Shown piece by piece: positions 62,281 to 64,000 of a stretch of DNA of 64,000 nucleotides. Source of the stretch: Botryllus schlosseri (taxonomy: Eukaryota). The position numbers and the translations under genes are program-made. The first letter of the stretch is position 1. Every line of letters starts with the position of its first letter. The stretch covers positions 9,364,001 to 9,428,000 of the forward strand of contig CM119371.1 in the NCBI GenBank assembly GCA_051294905.1, read 5' to 3'. The notes beneath the pieces were generated by a model, which made no database searches, was not told where the DNA came from, and was given only the letters and a program-made list of their open reading frames with translations.

Positions 62281-64000
62281 TCACGATCCGACCAAAATGT
62301 CAAATGGACTGCAGGCAGCAACCTGAGACTCCGTAGAGCACCGATAGTACCAGAGGTCAACATCGTCATTTATAGGTGTATTGGAGTCGTACCACGATAT
62401 AACAATATTCCGCCCTTTCATTCGCATTCGACCTACAAAATCATTCATTGCCAAACGAGCAGGAAGTTCTTCTACCCATAAAAACGGGATGAAAAGCACT
62501 TGGAGTTTATTACAATTGTTGAAGAGTGTATCTAACACCTGGGATATGTTAGGGACAATCACACTGTCCTCACAATCGCACGCGATAGATAACCACCGCA
62601 ATTGCTTGCACCGAGACAAGTGGTTGGGCAAATCTTTCGAGAAATCCAATAGATCATGGCCGAGTTGAAGATTGATGAGATGCGGCATCCACTGCAAACA
62701 CTTGGTAAATTCCGTATATTCACAAGCACTATAACGGCAGCCAATGTCAACAAGCACTAACGATCTTAACTTGTGTAGATCCAGAAATATATTTTCCAAT
62801 CGTTCAACACCTTCCAACCAAATTCCACGTATAGCCAGGTGCTCAAGTTTCGACAAGTTTGCAATACAGGTTAGATCCTTGGTGTTGATATGGATCCAAG
62901 ATTCATCGGAACCTTCCAATTCCAATTTCGTCAAATTCGGAAAGGTGGACACTAAATCGCCGAAAAAAGTGGTTCTTCCACGTGGAAACCTAAACGCCGA
63001 ACATTTAGAGTACGATGATGTGGGGTTCGAATATGATCGATTGCGCATGGTTGCATTAACGCAAATAGCCAAACCCCGTAATTGTTTCAAATTTTTCGTA
63101 GCGTCCAAGAACTTGAATAGATGGAGCGAATAGCCTAGCAGATTCAGATCCACTAAATTCGTGAATGAGCCGAGTCTTTGGTATAGTTTTTGGGGGGCGT
63201 CCGATCTCTGATGAAAAAACCTCCCAATGTCTAAATGGGTCAATTGCGGCATTTTACATTCTAAAAGTATACCAGTGATGGTATTTTTCAAACACTCAAA
63301 TCTAATGTTTTCCACTGATGGAGACAGACAGAGACATTTTAGAGCTGGCAGTGATGAGGGGAAAGACGCCCCATCACATTGACAAGGCCCGAAATTGCCA
63401 CCATCCAAGTCCCAACGGGAAGAGATATAACTACAATCCCATTTAACTTGTTTTTGTTGTCTTTTTGAACGCGATGCAATCCGCAATTTTCCAGCATGTT
63501 CACAGTTTTAATATACCATTGTTGCTGTGGACCTCCCGTAGATACGATATCGTCCGGATATATTGAATACTTGGTTATTTCATGAAGTGTATGCCGTGAT
63601 GGTTCACTTATAAATGAAAGAACCCTCATGTTACGTATTGATACTGAGTGTGATTCCTTATCACAGCAAATCTTGAAGAACTGGTCGAAATAGTTTGCTT
63701 TGTTGGTTCTTCCTTGACCAGCATTAACGAAATCGATGTGAAGAATTTTCAATTGCAGTATCTGATCCTCCACACCGGTAACGAACTCCGACAATGTATT
63801 CCCCGACATTAACAAGCATAGATTTCGAAGGCATGGGGTTCGTCGTAATAAAGCAGTCAACTGGCTGGCGTTGAGGAGGAGACCAGTCAAGTCCAGTGTC
63901 GCAAGATGATTTAGTGCCGGTAGATTTGTGAATAAAGACTTCGAAAACCAAGAGCAATTTCGGAAGCACAGTTGCTTGATGGCATTTTTAGCTTTTGTTA
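62281..64000 (-). pseudogene. F-box/LRR FBXL18-like copy 3: 5' end beyond the window, 1-bp frameshift at ~63405 (pseudogene or assembly error)
   Basis: ORFs 63339-63890 and 62281-63486 are consecutive parts of one paralogue. Copy 2 reads act tgg gat ggg ggc (TWDGG); copy 3 reads act tgg atg gtg gca, i.e. one G is missing. Confidence 0.8.

Noticed and set aside
1..64000. A novel prokaryote-type system (defence island, retron, operon)
   Set aside because: There is no operon-like gene density, and nearly all short ORFs fall in recognisable transposon relics. I found nothing supporting such a system.

Overview
This is AT-rich eukaryotic DNA, most likely from an invertebrate animal (59-bp GT-AG introns, tRNA-derived SINEs, THAP-domain transposons). 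The species cannot be identified from the sequence. Host genes are (i) the last two exons of an MFS/SLC16-like transporter at the left edge and (ii) three co-oriented minus-strand F-box/LRR genes resembling FBXL18, each with an uninterrupted coding region: 18110-20092 and 47051-48994 are intact, and 62281->64000 carries a 1-bp frameshift. Each F-box gene sits in a copy of a multi-kb segmental duplication. Most of the remaining sequence is DNA-transposon material: about 20 non-autonomous hAT elements with readable TIRs and 8-bp TSDs (often nested 3-4 deep), a degenerate Kolobok element with TTAA TSD and convergent THAP-transposase and P2X7-ballast-like KolX genes, a P-element/THAP9-like transposase relic, two large fold-back palindromes and three SINE copies. 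I found no evidence of a wholly new biological system. The most notable items are the mosaic FBXL18-like array, the Kolobok/KolX element, three hAT insertions within a 31-bp target, and a fold-back hAT whose outer arms are more similar than its inner arms. All alignments were made by eye and no database searches were run.
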